From Flaccisagitta enflata (lineage: Eukaryota), in the NCBI GenBank assembly GCA_965153355.1, contig OZ231126.1, positions 13,578,001 through 13,642,000 of the forward strand: a DNA stretch of 64,000 nucleotides. Reading direction: 5' to 3'. Position numbers and translations under genes: made by a program. Positions 53,341 to 64,000 of this stretch are shown here, one piece after another (the first letter of the stretch is position 1; each line of letters starts with the position of its first letter). The notes beneath the pieces were generated by a model, which saw nothing but the letters and a program-made list of their open reading frames with translations, had not been told where the DNA came from and did no database searches.

Positions 53341-53804
53341 TTGATTCCATCAGCGGTATTGAAAATGCAACGCCCACCGGATTGGAAATGAAAACCAATT
53401 GAACCATCTGGAATCATCTGGAATCATCTGGAAATTTCAATTCAAAGACGGAGATGCTTTAATTCCAAAATTGATACTTGATGTTTTCATCATGAAAGGC
53501 GATATGAAAACATTTTTGGATGCGCAATTCGTGATGGGTCCTCGCGTCTCTGTTCAAGAAAATGTGCCCATCCATCATAGGTTGGTCTGTAAGTATGCTT
53601 TTGTAACAAATCTGTTTGTGTGGCATGTGTATTCATCGTATATAAATCTCATACAATTAGTCAAAAAGGAAAAAAAAACTGAAGAAAATTTGGAAAAATA
53701 TGGACATTTATATAGTACAAGCTTCCATTGCACTGTAATGTACGTCTGTCTGTCTTTTCTCTGACCGTCTGGACATACTGATGCATGATGACAAACAGAG
53801 GACG

Positions 53805-53900
<96 letters not shown>

Positions 53901-53952
53901 TCTCTCTTGAAGACCTCCTGACCTCAAAAATTTGCGAATCTAAAAAATATGA

Positions 53953-54030
<78 letters not shown>

Positions 54031-54570
54031 ATGGAAAACATGATTGTTTCCGACGATTTTACTTTTTTTAATTTCTGATTTTTAATAACGATCGAATATC
54101 GTGCTAAAGAAATTAATTTCGGAACCGAGTCATGGGAATTATCCCTATCATATCTTGTTCTTTAACACTTTAACACGGCTTGAGATATTTGAAAGCCATC
54201 CTAACACAACTTTTAAAAAAACGATACCACTGCAGGTCTGACTGGGATCTAACGTTCGTTGGAGAATGGCCTACTTATGTTGCATCTTGTTTACACTTTA
54301 AACCACCCCAACAATGAATCACTGACTTTAACCGCTTGTTTTTAGTCGCGGACAAGCGACTCTACATCTTGCCGTATCGGTCAGTAGGTCTGTCGGTAGG
54401 TCAATCGGTCCATACATTTTTGTGATTGCGAGCAAGTTTTTGTATAACCGTCCACGACTTTCCTGCCGTGTGACCGGCCTTGTTTCTCAACAGCTTTTCG
54501 GGAAGACTCTCCATTTTTTTTTTACTCTGTGTTTTCACTACTACTAGCCAATGAATTTTTACAGACGAAA

Positions 54571-64000
<9,430 letters not shown>

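Overview
Eukaryotic (invertebrate metazoan-type) genomic DNA with spliced genes, abundant microsatellites and many non-autonomous transposons. Six genes or gene groups can be assembled by hand from splice sites and phases. (1) Two tandem minus-strand genes for small secreted F5/8-type-C/discoidin-like proteins (1.5-5.1 kb). (2) A 9-exon secreted astacin metalloprotease with an EGF-like segment and a long (GSGNWGT)n Gly/Trp tail (7.3-12.6 kb). (3) A secreted C-type lectin (40.9-42.5 kb). (4,5) Two paralogous rhodopsin-like 7TM receptors (45.8-50.4 kb). (6) A large secreted NIDO-domain protein with about 80-aa Cys-rich repeats that runs off the right end (54.6-64 kb). The 13-40 kb interval has no supportable gene and is filled with Helentron-like (DINE/HINE-type) elements, hAT- and Tc1-type MITEs and a 30-bp satellite. 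A decayed Penelope-like GIY-YIG fragment lies at 43.8-44.5 kb. The most striking signals concern splicing evolution. A 242-bp MITE with a 12-bp target duplication forms a perfect GT-AG intron in one GPCR paralogue (introner-like). In three independent places an exon end plus its 5' splice site has been tandemly duplicated into the intron, and one of these yields three frame-compatible cassette exons with a synonymous-biased substitution pattern. There is also a probable GG donor and a possible 35-nt intron. All gene models are manual predictions without RNA data or database searches.
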